Origin: the human T2T-CHM13v2.0 reference genome, Homo sapiens
Assembly: GCF_009914755.1 (NCBI RefSeq)
Contig: NC_060942.1
Length of the DNA stretch: 64,000 nucleotides
Strand: one strand, 5' to 3'
Shown: positions 26,733 through 40,200 of the stretch, in pieces
Numbering within the stretch: the stretch's first letter is position 1
How the letters are laid out: every line of letters starts with the position of its first letter
Notes under the pieces: model-generated
Told to the model about the DNA's origin: nothing
Databases searched by the model: none
What the model saw: only the letters and a program-made list of their open reading frames with translations
Program-made: the position numbers and the translations under genes

Positions 26733-27715
26733 CGCGTCGGTCCGGCGAGTCGGAGCAGAGGGGCGAGGCTCGAGGGTCCCTAGGGGTGGTGGGACGCAAG
26801 GCCCATGCCCGTCTATGGCCTCTCGCCGCCGGCAGCTCGCAGCCACCCGAGCATCGCCTCGGCGCGGGCCGCGACGCTCTCCGCCCCGAGGGCACGCTCC
26901 CGGGGCTCTTGGCCGCCCCTCGCCCACCGGGCTCTGGGTAGCCCCTCACCAGGCTCTTGGCGGCCACCTAGCCCGGCGCCCGGCCCCCTGCGGCCGGCCC
27001 ATTTAGTGTGAATCCTGGATCCGGCAGCGGCGGCGGCTTCTTCAGGGGTAGCTGATGCCGGGGCCTTGGAGAGGGACGCTTTGGGAGGGTCCTGGGAGGC
27101 GGCGCGGCGAGCAAAGGGGGCAAGAAGGGCGTGCTGTGCTCCCGCCTGGCTCCCGGGGCGTCGTTTGGGGGCGGCCGGGGAGTTTTCTACTTGGAAGCCC
27201 CTCTGAAGCCACCGCGTCTCCTTTGCCCGGCCTCGTCTCCGCTGCCCACGCAGGCTGCCGCGCTCTGGCCTCGGCCCCGGCTCTCGGAGCTGCCCGGCGG
27301 GCTCCGGGTCTCGCCCTCCAGCCCCCAGGCGGCCCGCGGCGGATCCCCGAGAGGCAGCGCAGCTCAGCCCCTGCGCCCCCCAGCTTCGGGCCGGAGAGAC
27401 CGGGGTGGGAGCTGCCAGGCGCGCAGAACCATCCCCGCCACCACGGGGCTCGCCTTGTGGGTCCGGTGCGCGGGCGGCGCTGCGAGTCCCTCCCTCACTC
27501 GAAGGAACGGCGCGAGCGTGGGGAGAAATGGAGACCAGAGCGCATATCGGGTGAGTGGGTCTCCCACTCCCTCCTCCACCGCCTCAATTTAAAACTCAAG
27601 AGAAAAACCAGCGCCGTCCCGTCGCCCAGCGCGACCACCGCCTGCCGCCTTGCAGCCTCGCCCTCGCGGCGCAGCCGGGGCTCCCCGGCGGCGCGCGCTT
27701 CTCCACCTTCAATGA
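26733..27715 (-). other. PIEZO2: PIEZO2 exon 1 5' UTR / leader (upstream limit approximate; TSS not determinable from sequence)
   Basis: GC-rich sequence between the ATG and the CCAAT/GC-box cluster at 27742-27802; no obvious polypyrimidine acceptor just upstream of the ATG. Confidence 0.6.
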
Positions 27716-27741
27716 AACTTTCGAAGCCCTCACTCGGGGAC

Positions 27742-27802
27742 GGGCGTGTCCCCCGGCCAATGGGATGGCGGCTCCGGGGCCTGCGCGCGCGGAGCCCGCC
27801 CC
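27742..27802 (-). promoter_or_regulatory. Probable TATA-less core promoter: GC/KLF box, CCAAT box, Sp1 box
   Basis: GGGCGTGTC 27742-27750, CCAAT 27757-27761, GCGCGCGC ~27783-27790 and CCCGCCCC 27795-27802 cluster within 60 bp. Confidence 0.6.
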
Positions 27803-29469
27803 TGAGCGGCTGGGGAAGTGAGAGCCTTGCACCGGCGCGGAGGGCAAGCCCCCACCCGCGGCTCCCGCGCCTGGGAGAGACCCGGCCTGGCCTGCCAGTG
27901 GGCTGCGCGCCTTGGCTCGCCCTCCGCGGGCACTCCTGCCCCACTGGCTCCCGCAGCCCCGCGGCTCTGCGTGGTTCTGTCATTCCGGTGGTGCACCCTG
28001 GCATCCAGTCCACCCGGCCGGGCCCTGAGCTTGCCCAAACCCAGGGAACCGTTTAAGGTCCGAGGGAAACGCACAGGCCCGGCAGGAGAGAAGCCAGGGG
28101 CTTGGAGAGTCCTGTGCGACCCCGACTTCTGCTGGGTCCACAGGTGCACACTGGCATTAAGAAGAATAGAGCTGAATTCATCTACACCGTTGACCCTGCC
28201 CATATTTCACATAGCAAGAACTTGCCATTCTGAATAGACTCTGGGAAATCCCGGGTCTTCCCCAACAGATAATGCACCCACTTTGTGCATTTGGGGGAAC
28301 TCTCCGTTTTCACCTCAGTTTTGCTCCTTGCTTGTCGTGGCTCTGGGGAAAGAGAGCGTTGGCACTGAGAATATTCTCCCTTTCTCCTAGTGCACTGCTT
28401 TTTGCCTGTTCTAGGCAAGATCTAGAGAAATCTGGCTCTAGCTGGGAGACTGCAGTGTGCCTGGGTCTTTTATTTAACTGTTATCCGAGAGTGGAGGAGA
28501 TTTGCTAGAGCACAGTAGGGGTCTTTCCGGACATGGAGGAAGAGGCTGTTAGCATCTGTAGAGAGGACTGTTCAGGACTGGCATTCCATCAGGAGGACAC
28601 ACTGGGAAGGACCTGGCTTCCCTTCCGCACCTACATTCCTGGCTTGCATTAGTTGGAGGGGATAGAGCAGTGAGCTGATGAAAAACAGGCAAACCCCCGT
28701 CTTTTTAGCCATTTGAAACGCTTTTGTGGACATCCCTTTTTTGAGACAGGGTAAGCTTGTGGTTTGAGCTCAGGTGCCTTCACGAATTCTCTGAGAATTA
28801 CAGAAAAACTATGAACCATTGCTTTTTGAATGAAGACTCAAGACAGTTGGCATATGGTGAAGACACCCTGAAACTTAAACCACCCATGTGCTCTGCCATC
28901 CTCAAGAAGCTTAGATAGCACCTAAACCCGGGCGTAGTCATGAGCTCAACAGCAGACCTACAGGAGACGATAGAACTTAAATTAGCATCCAGTCACCAAG
29001 AAATGCTATCAAGAAATGGTTCGTGTAGCCTGTTTGTAGAAGCCTGATATAAATCTACCACTAATTTTGATGTTCATAAGTCTGCCTTCACATCCATGCC
29101 CTCCCCACCTCACCCCATGTACGACTCATTCTTGGGAGCTAATAGGTGAAGGACTCCTGAATTTTAAATAATACTGTGTCATCACATGAATTCTGTATTC
29201 TCTGAATACTTTCTTATGTTCTTGATAGGCTTCCCATACTAACAACTGTCTAGACTTTTTCACAATAATTCTCTTTCAAAATAACATAAGCTGGGAGGCA
29301 CAAGATTCCCAGCAGGTGGGTGGTCTTACCAAATAAACTTCGAGCTTTCTCTGCCACAGTGTGTACCAACTTGGCTGCTGGGGCGTTAGAGATTTTAACA
29401 ACTACATCCCAGTTCTGAGACTTCCAACGTATGTACTCAAGGGGAAGTTTCAGCGGTCTAGACTACATC

Positions 29470-29652
29470 TGAAATAGGCTTCTCCATGCTGGCTACATGT
29501 TGCAGTCACCTGGGGAGCTTTTGAAAAACGCTCAGTCTCCACACTCCCTGAAATCCTGATTTAATTGGTCTGCGATGGGGCCCCCACACCTGTATTTTTC
29601 TTAAAGCTCTCAAGTGATTCTTAAGTATGCAGTCAGGGGTGAAGACCGCTGT
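29470..29652. mobile_element. MER5A (hAT-Charlie)
   Basis: TCACCTGGGGAGCTTTTGAAAAA...TGATTTAATTGGTCTG...GTGATTCTTAAGTATGCAG...GAAGACCGCTG. Confidence 0.75.
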
Positions 29653-30169
29653 CCTCATTTTCATATCAGACTCAGAAAATAGTCCATTGGCTTTCAAAAC
29701 CAGCATCTCCAAACCTCATCCACCTTTCTGAAGCTGTATTTTCTTTCACAATGGACTTGACTTGAGCATACATATCCATAGCAGTGGCATTGTTTTTACA
29801 AGGGCTGTTTAACCCTCAATTTTCCCTGCTCTCATAGAAGCAGTATCTGGTGTCTAGACAGGTTAGTTTTTAAGGACTCACCAGCCCATGAGGGTATTGA
29901 TCACTGTTCGGGAGCTCTGCTTGCCTGGCAAACTTTATTCCAAAGTTTGCCAGAATCTTGTCTAAAATTTGAAAGAGTATGTGAGTTTAAAAATGCTTTG
30001 GGGAGAAATCAAACATGTAAAATACTCATGGACATATTATTTTGATATTTCATGGGTACCTGATGTGTATAATCACCAGTTTACCCCGGTAATGAATTAA
30101 GCACCAGACACCCTATGCCTCTCTGCATCCACAATGACAAACAATGACTTCTTTTGATCATTATTGAGA

Positions 30170-30320
30170 CTTTTAGTGCCTCAGCTTCTTCATCTGTAAG
30201 TTAAGGAAAGCAGTAAAACCTACCCAATATGGAGTCTACACAGATAGAGACAGTTTATAGAGTTCTTAGATAAATGCCTGGTGCATAGTAATCATTCAAT
30301 GAATATTGGCTGCTATTATT
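30170..30320 (+). mobile_element. MIR
   Basis: GTGCCTCAGCTTCTTCATCTGTAA...TGCCTGGTGCATAGTAA. Confidence 0.65.
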
Positions 30321-30545
30321 CCTATTATTGTTGTTATTATTGTTGTTGAAAAACAAGAACTAATTCTACATTTATCAAACAATTATGCTAAAGCACAGTG
30401 ACCTGCAGTGAGACAGACAGCAATATGTTTATGCTCCCAGCAATATGTTTAAGAACTGATCAACATTTTCTTAAGTGTTCAAGGTTTTCTCCATAGTGTG
30501 TCATTTTTTGCCTTGTGTGCATTTCATCTCACCTGTTTAGATTTA

Positions 30546-30851
<306 letters not shown>

Positions 30852-32799
30852 TAGCTTTTATCTTTTCTAAATTTGGTTTACTGTTGCACTGATTGACAAA
30901 ATCATTCAGAAACTCGATCTTTGTCCCAAACACTAATTTGTTTGTATCATGCTTACTAGGAAAACACAGATAATGTGTTTAGCCCTGTGTCATGTTTAGC
31001 TCTATGTCTGTTATTCTCTGGGATACTTTGTTAGCTTCCTTTGAAAGATCTCAGAGATGGATATTGTCCCAAATGGGAACTTTACAAAACAATGTCTCCC
31101 ACAAGGAATATAAAGTTTGTCAACCTGGCATTTTCTTCCTTCAGTGAAATCTGCCAAAATCCATTGATGCCATCCAGCCTATGGAGAATGTGGTACCTCT
31201 TACCAACTTAATTAAGGAGAATATCTTCTAGCATTGGTCACATGTGTTTTTCTTACATATATGTTAACTAAAAAATTTAAATATATATATATTTCTAGTT
31301 CTCATTTATAATTATCATTGTGTCATAAGGCACAATATTTATTTGGAAGTTATTTTTGTTAGAAGCCACAGAGATTTTGGCTCTTATTCTTAAGAAAACT
31401 TGGAAGCTGAATGGCTTTCTTCTTTTTGCTAATATATGCTGAGGTTGTACATTTTTAAAAAGCTATCAATTTAATGTTTACAGCAGAAGTATTTTCGAAG
31501 TCTCCAAATTCCAAAGACCTAGACAACTTCTAATAATGTGCAGGAGACATGGTCTGCTCATACTTCTGCTAAAGAAGTTATCCCTCATCAGAGCAACGCA
31601 CAGTGAAATTCACTGTCTCTGACATCTGGCCCTTTGGTGGAATCTTCCTGCTAAGCCTACGTAAAATGTATACTGTAGCCTTAACTGCAGTTTGTGAATT
31701 GTAATATGGATGCCGAATCTGAAGCACACTGCTGATTTGTATCTGTAGTTCAAAAACCTTGAAAACGCAGCTAACCGACATGTCTATGGGCCTTATCTTT
31801 CCAACTAGATTGGAGGATATGAGGACATGGATAAAATTTCATCTATAAAGCAGAATATAAAGCAAAATATTGTTTCCAAGTGAATCATATTCTACTTACA
31901 CACTTCCATTACACACACACACAGAGGCATGTGCACACAATCTCACACACACATATACACACTCACCCATAACCACATCAGATATATCTCATATAAAAAT
32001 AAAAGGACCATGTAAACTTGTATTTGGTTTTTGGAGGTAAACACATAAAGGAAGAGATTCCGATTTGTGGGGAGGATGCTCTGCTGAAGTTGGTGACTTG
32101 CCTTGGGCACCACAGGCACCCAGGTGGCCAATGCTAAAACATGGAAACCACCATTCATTATTTACAGCCAACATTGTGAGCAGATTTTTATCTAGCAGTT
32201 GTCTATCTGCTGTCTGTGTATTTGTTGCTGAAGCCTTTGAAGAGGCTGCTGGTTGTAATATCATTTTTTCAGAAAGGCTTATCATGCTATAAGAAGACTT
32301 ATGGAAGGGAGCTGGAATTTGGAGGATAATTTTGCAATGAAATTGTAGTAAGTCAAAGCAAGTTACTAACCAAAAAAAATTACAGGTTTTTTTTCTTTAC
32401 TTGTAACCACTGAGATAAAAAAATTCAACTTGTCCATGTACTAAATAGATATTTATTAGTTAATGAATCATAATTTGGATTCTAGCTGTGTTTGTAACTG
32501 CATCTGGATCTCTGCAATGGTCATAGAAATGTTAATATTCTTAATAAGCTTAGGTGACTTTCATTCATTGGTTTTATTGAGATTTCGAATATGTGTATGG
32601 ATATGCGTGTGTACAAGTTTTGAAATAAGCTATTTCTAGTTCTAACACTAGCCTATAACTAATTGGATCCCATCCAATGATTACAGTTAACTAGTTTGAA
32701 GCTTTGTTCACTTATTCTCCTGCAGTGCCACCTTTTGGCTAGAAGTATATTGAAAAAATACAAGTACTTCTAGCAGAAAGCATGCAATTAGCCACAATC

Positions 32800-33330
32800 A
32801 ACAAACAAACATTGATTATAGCCCATGTTGCAGGCTGATGGGCTCAGAAATACAGCAGTGGGCAGAACCAGCATAGCCACTGCCTTCATAAGGTCACCAT
32901 CCAGCAATGAAAGACAGACATTAACCAACTATGTATAAATAATGAAGAAAATAATACATGCCTGCAAAGAACTCTGAAGAAGTATTGGGCCTTAGGGGAG
33001 AGTATAAATGGTAAACCCAACCTCCTCTGGGGGAGGCACAGGAGGACAGATCCCTTGAGAAGGAGATGTATGTCACATCTTGAAGGGTGAGTGTAGATTC
33101 ACCAGAATGTAAGCTCCAAGTGGGCAGGGACTTTGTTGTTCATGGCTGTATCCCCAGGACCTAAAAGAGCATGGGGCCCATAGTACAGACGGCATAATAT
33201 TTGTTGACTGAATAAAGGAGTTACCTAGGTGAGAAGAGAAGGAATAATGTTCCCAGGCAGAAAGAACAGATGACATCCCAGAGGCAGCAGAGAGTACTAT
33301 GTGTTAAAGGATTTAAGAGCAGTTCACAGG
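32800..33330 (-). mobile_element. L2 fragments (with an opposite-orientation L2 3' end at ~33095-33215)
   Basis: L2-like sequence; inner segment AGAATGTAAGCTCCAAG...GGCAGGGACTTTG...ATATTTGTTGACTGAAT. Confidence 0.55.
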
Positions 33331-34082
33331 AAATTTCCATATTCCATCAACTGGACGTCCCACACAGCTTAAACCGTTTGCCAGGTCATATGGTTTCCAA
33401 TTTATGGGCTTCTCTATTTTCCATTAAATTGAAACAGTAGTAAACACTTAAGTACAAGCAAAACAACCGACATAGGCAGTCATAGATCACAGGAATAAGG
33501 ACTGTCACACAGGAAACCTGGAGTTCGCTGTCTTTAGTGTCCTGTCTTCATGCTGCTGTTCGCTTCTCAGATGGGAGACTCAAAGTGCACTGGCAGGAAG
33601 TCAAGAGACTTGGGACATTTCAGTTCTGGCAACCTCTTGCTGAAATGTTGCTAAATAAATTGCTTGACCTTTCTGGGTTTTGTGGGTTTTCCCACTTTGG
33701 GGTTTTTGTGTGCTCAATCTGCTTTCTTTTAAATCTTTGTACAGGCAGAGCAAATGTGTAGATGCCTTCTGGGCCTGCAGCAATACTGTAGCCAGTGAGA
33801 TGCAATTCCTCGGGCCAAGAGCACATTCCTGTGATCCACTTACTCCTCTGTAAATGGAGGGCATTGGCGGGCATGAGCAAATGCTTAGCCACACTCCTGA
33901 AACAGGAAAGCAGACCTTGAGGGTGAACTTCCTGACTGAAAAGCTTTTCTCCGTAGGTCAGTGTGACACTTTCTCTGGCTTGCCCAGTGACAAGATAAAC
34001 ATCATGGGTTCATCTAAGATTCTTTCAGGTCCTTCAGACAAGAGTTTTGCTTGTTCATATTGGGATGTGAGTACATGGCCCC

Positions 34083-34596
34083 TGTATTACGGTTCTCTAG
34101 AGGGACAGAAAAAATAGGATAGATGTATATATGAAGCGGAGTTTATTAAGGAATGTTGACTCACACAATCACAAGGTGAGGTCCCACAATAGGCTGTCTG
34201 CAAGCTGATGAGCAAGAAAGCCAGTCCGAGTCCCAAAAGCTCAAAAGCAGGGAAGCCGACAGTGCAGTCTTCAGTCTGTGTTTGAAGGTCCAAGAGTCCC
34301 AAAGCTGAAGAACTTGGAGTCCGATGTTCTAGGGCAGGAAGCATCCGGCACAGGAGAAAGATATAGGCAAGGAGACCAAGCCAGTCTAGCCTTTCCACGT
34401 TCCTCTGCCTGCTTTTATTCTACCCGTGCTGGCAGCTGATTAGATGGTGCCCACCCAGATTGAGGGCGGGTCTGCCTCTCCCAGTCCACTGACTCAAATG
34501 TTACTCTCCTTTGGGAACACTCTCACAGACACACCCAGGAACAATACTTTGCATCCTTCAGTCCAATCAAGTTGACACTCAGTATTAACCATCACA
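34083..34596 (-). mobile_element. Solo MLT2A LTR (MLT2A2-like), same orientation as PIEZO2
   Basis: Reverse complement begins TGTGATGGTTAATACTGAGTGTCAACTTGATTGG and ends TAATACA. TSD GCCCC/GTCCC. Homologous to the provirus LTRs, with a longer R/U5 segment. Confidence 0.92.
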
Positions 34597-34961
34597 GTCC
34601 CCTTACTAAAATAAGCAGAAGACAACAGTGTGCTTCCCGTCAAGTGAGAAGCAAAACCTCTGGAATCAAAATCCCTCAGCGAGATGGGGGTCCCTGTGTC
34701 CCCTTGCCTGGATTATTACTGGCACGGGGTTCCTTCTCTCTTTCTGATGAAGGAAAAAATGCATTTTCTTGTATTCTGTTAACACAGCTGAGAAAAGCAA
34801 GCATTTTAAAAAAGAAAACATGCTATAAAATTAAAGGTGAATGAACCCCTGTTGTATAAAATGTCTTTTCCAAAATTCAAGTTTCTGATGTTATGCGTCT
34901 CAAAACAGTGACAACTCTTTGAGATTCTGTCAGATAACTGCTCTCCCACCTCAGATGAGTC

Positions 34962-35940
<979 letters not shown>

Positions 35941-36305
35941 CGAATGGTGGATTTTAGCATTTTCACCCTTTTTTTTTTTCCCTTGGCTTCTGGCAACATT
36001 TTATTTATTGGGCAATCACCATTTTGTGTGTGATTAAGTTCCTATACCATTGAATTTTCTCGTAGTAATTAAATGATGACACTGATTCATAATTATGCAT
36101 AAGCAAGCCAATTTCACATCCAGGATTGATGTAAAAATAAAATGAGACATTTGAACCTACTTTACCTGCTAACTATGAAATATTAAACAAACCAGTGTAA
36201 TGTTATCACTGTTACTATAATTATTAATGTTTTTATTTTTAAACTATCTGCTTTGAGGAGAATCCTCCAACCAGTAACACATGTTGGGCATATTTTTCCC
36301 CATGA

Positions 36306-36728
<423 letters not shown>

Positions 36729-37137
36729 CCTCTGGGACATTTCTTTTCTCTTCGGAGTGGACGATAGGCTGCATAAGATAGTTCCTAAGGCATGTTAACA
36801 TTAGTGATTTCACAAAGAAGTTTCCATTCAGAATGGAAAAGTGGCATAAAGCTGTGAGCTAAAATCTCAGAAGGTGTGGGAGGGCGATTGCCTCCGTGGC
36901 TCCCTTGCCAAGGGACATGGAAACATTCGGAACTAGGCAGCTATAAACCCTGAGCATTAATATGAATTACCCTTCTTTCTCAGAGTGGTTATTAAGATCT
37001 ATGCCCTATATGTTACATAGCTTTGTGTAACTGTTACCATGGCACTTAGAGACTTTGTGAGAAATGCTCTCCACACTTTCTGGATCACACACACCTATCA
37101 GAAAAAGCTTTTGTGCATATGATCCAACATATGAGTA

Positions 37138-37330
37138 CTTATATACTTGTAAGTTATAAATTATATATATAAGATTATAAGTTATCTATATTTGGTAATA
37201 GTTAATAGTTATATATATGTTTATAATATAGGATGTGATATACACACACATATATGAGTATATATATAAAATAGTGAGATATATAAATATAAATATATAT
37301 TCATATATGTATATATATATAATTATTATT
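37138..37330. repeat. AT-rich / (TA)n low-complexity tract
   Basis: Degenerate TATATA runs. Confidence 0.85.
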
Positions 37331-39269
37331 ACCTAATAAATTAAGGCACACCACACACAGGCAAGGATCATCATTAAATAAGACATATTTCAAATATTTC
37401 TTGATAGCATTGATGTTTCTAATTCTTGTTAGATATGATGAAATGATCATTGCTTTTATGGAAACCCTGCTATGGTGGCTTAACCGAACGTGAATGAACT
37501 TTCCTCACATGCCGGGTGTGCAGAGATGGGCCATCCCAGGCTGGCGCAGCAGCAGCAGCAGAATATCCCCAGCGCCTTGAGCTGCTCTGGTCCCTTCGTC
37601 CTTTCATTGTGAGCCACTGACATCCTTCCTCATGATGGCTTTTATATATGCAAGATGGCAGCTTCACGTCTAGTCCCAAGCCTACTTTCCAAGCTGGAAG
37701 AAGAGAACAGTGACAAGAGAGCAGAATATTCACTGAGTACTTAGAATGTTCCAGTTGCATTTTGAGGAGATTGTTAAGAGGTTAAGAGATTGCCTCCAAA
37801 CTACCTTTTGCCTCATTCCCAACCAATGTGGGACTGAGTTGCATGAAGGTCTATGAATTGCTCTAGGTCTCACAGCGAGTGTGGGGAGAGTTAGTTCCGG
37901 CAGCTAGATCCGCAGACTCTGGACTGAGGTCCTTTCCACTGCCCACAGCGCCCCAGGACAGCAGGCTGATGGGTGCCATGTGCAGCACCACCTGCGTTCT
38001 TCAGGGGGCCTGGGCTGTGCTCCCACCCCTCAGCACCCATGTCCTGGCTGGGGGGTAACCTTAAGATCCACCACGACATACATTTACAGATCACTGTAAT
38101 CACAGTGGTTCTTGAAAGCAGGGCTTTAAAGGGACTACAGAACGTGTTAAGAATGACTGACTGGGAGATGAGAATGCTCAGTACCGAATCCCTTACCACA
38201 AGATGAGTGCACCTGCCACAATGTCATTCAACCTCATTAACCTCCTGCAGATTCTCAGTACATGAAATGACTGAGATTGGGGAAGCTAGTTCTTATCCTC
38301 TATAGTAAAAAAATCTGAGTGTATGAGTAGGGGGGAGGCATTATATTCAAATCCCAGCCTGTGCACTCAGGAGCTGTCCTAGCTAAGGTGGGTTACCTAA
38401 AACTTTGTATTTTTGTTTTCCTTAAAATGAAGAAGAAGTGTGAACAGAAAGAATGGTAAAGTTGTAACCATATAGACAGCAAGGATATGGCACCTGGGTA
38501 AAGGACTTTGGGAAAGGAAGAAGCCAAGTAGCTTAATCATTTTCCCAGAAGTGTGGAAGTTAAGCAAAATGCAGTGGCTCTAATTATGATACGTTACATT
38601 TATCTGGCTCCTTTCTCTTAAGAGCGCAGAGTGGTTCTCAGACATTATCTCATGAATTTGCAAATCAGTCCTGGGAGTTAGATAGGAATGAAGCCAGGCA
38701 AAAGTTTCTAGCTTACCACTTTACTAAGAGCCAGAAGTTGAAATATTCTCTCCATCCAAGTCAGCACCTTCTGTGCAAACATAAACTACTATATTACTCA
38801 AGTCATATTCAGGGAACATCAATTTGCAGATTCTTGTTATCCTTAAAATAACACATACCTTTCAGAAAGGAAGCCATTGTAATAAAAGTCTTTCTTGATT
38901 TCTTGACAAATGAAAGTATTTACGGAGTTTCATTCCCAGAAGTGAAATGAGCAAAGAGTGAAATTCAAACCTTTTCACGAATTTGGTGTAATAAATGTGG
39001 GATTTATCCCCCAGCACATGGCAATGATTGGAGTATGATTGCGCTTTGAGGACCAAGCTATAAAATCAACATAAAGTTGGTGAAGTCAGAATGCAAAGTT
39101 ACCTTAAGTACAGAAAATAAGACACAAGCCAACATAGTCTGACTATTGCAATTTAAGACATTGACAGATCGAAAGAAAGAATATGCCAATTAAAAAAGAA
39201 AAGTATGGGACGTGGGAAGGACTATTTGCCAGTGACAAAACAAACACTGCAATAGAAAAGGAGACTTGA

Positions 39270-39570
<301 letters not shown>

Positions 39571-39769
39571 AAGGAGACTTGATCGATATGTTGCCAATGT
39601 TTGATCCCATTAGCAATGCAGTTCCTAGAGAAAATGTTTCCCTTGACAGTCATCCATAGGCACAAAGATAAGGTGGTAAGCATGAGGTCCCCAGGCTTAC
39701 AGAGTTTGGGAAATGGATCCCCAGCTGGGGGATCAGCTCAGACAGAAAGAAAAGCAATGTCTGGAAGAA

Positions 39770-40200
39770 CAATGAACCCTGCCAGCCTTATTCAGGTTCC
39801 CTAAAAGCAGGTCCTAAGTGAGGCTTCTTATATAAGTGATTGACTGATGGAAGAGCTCAGGAGGAGAGGGATGAGGGAGGCAGGTGGGCAGGGGAAGAAA
39901 GCTAAGTAGGGACGGGGAGTGTGATAGAGATTAGAGCCTCAGCCCGGTCACAGGGAGCACCTGGAAATGTAAAAGGCGTTACAGAGATGGCCACACTTTG
40001 AGAAAAGGGGCAGGCTTTTGTGCCCCTTTGTCAGTCAGTCATTGGCCAAGAGCTGCCTAAGGTATGAGGTGGGGTCATAACCTCCCTAGGAGGACCCCCC
40101 TCATTTCAACCAAGTGCCATCCTCTGAGAAGGGCAGCTGTGGCCACAAGCAGCCAGTGCTCATCACATAACTGGGAAAGGCACAAAGGTGAGAACTAAGA
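39770..40200. mobile_element. Old ERVL-class solo LTR (LTR33/LTR16-like)
   Basis: CAGGTTCCCTAAAAGCAG...AAGTGATT...TCAGTCAGTCATTGGCC resembles these consensuses; recall only. Confidence 0.4.

Larger units (their letters stand above)
26440..28130. promoter_or_regulatory. CpG island spanning the PIEZO2 promoter and exon 1
   Basis: Very high GC content with dense undepleted CpG (e.g. CGCGCG, GGCGGCGGC) against AT-rich, CpG-poor flanks. Confidence 0.93.

Noticed and set aside
27021-27037. CGG/GCC run in the PIEZO2 leader as an expansion-prone repeat
   Set aside because: Only ~5 interrupted units, typical of CpG islands.
27055-28056. 333-aa plus-strand ORF and other overlapping ORFs in the CpG island
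   Set aside because: Arg/Pro/Gly/Ala low-complexity translation with no recognisable domain; long stop-free frames are expected in very GC-rich DNA.
30418-30451. 14-bp direct repeat CAGCAATATGTTTA (and a similar AATATTTAGTTTG duplication at ~14744-14772)
   Set aside because: Ordinary short slippage duplications with only two units; no array or CRISPR-like structure.
37946-37966. Second RE1-like motif CAGCGCC-CCA-GGACAG
   Set aside because: 3-bp spacer instead of the canonical 2 bp, plus a left-half mismatch.
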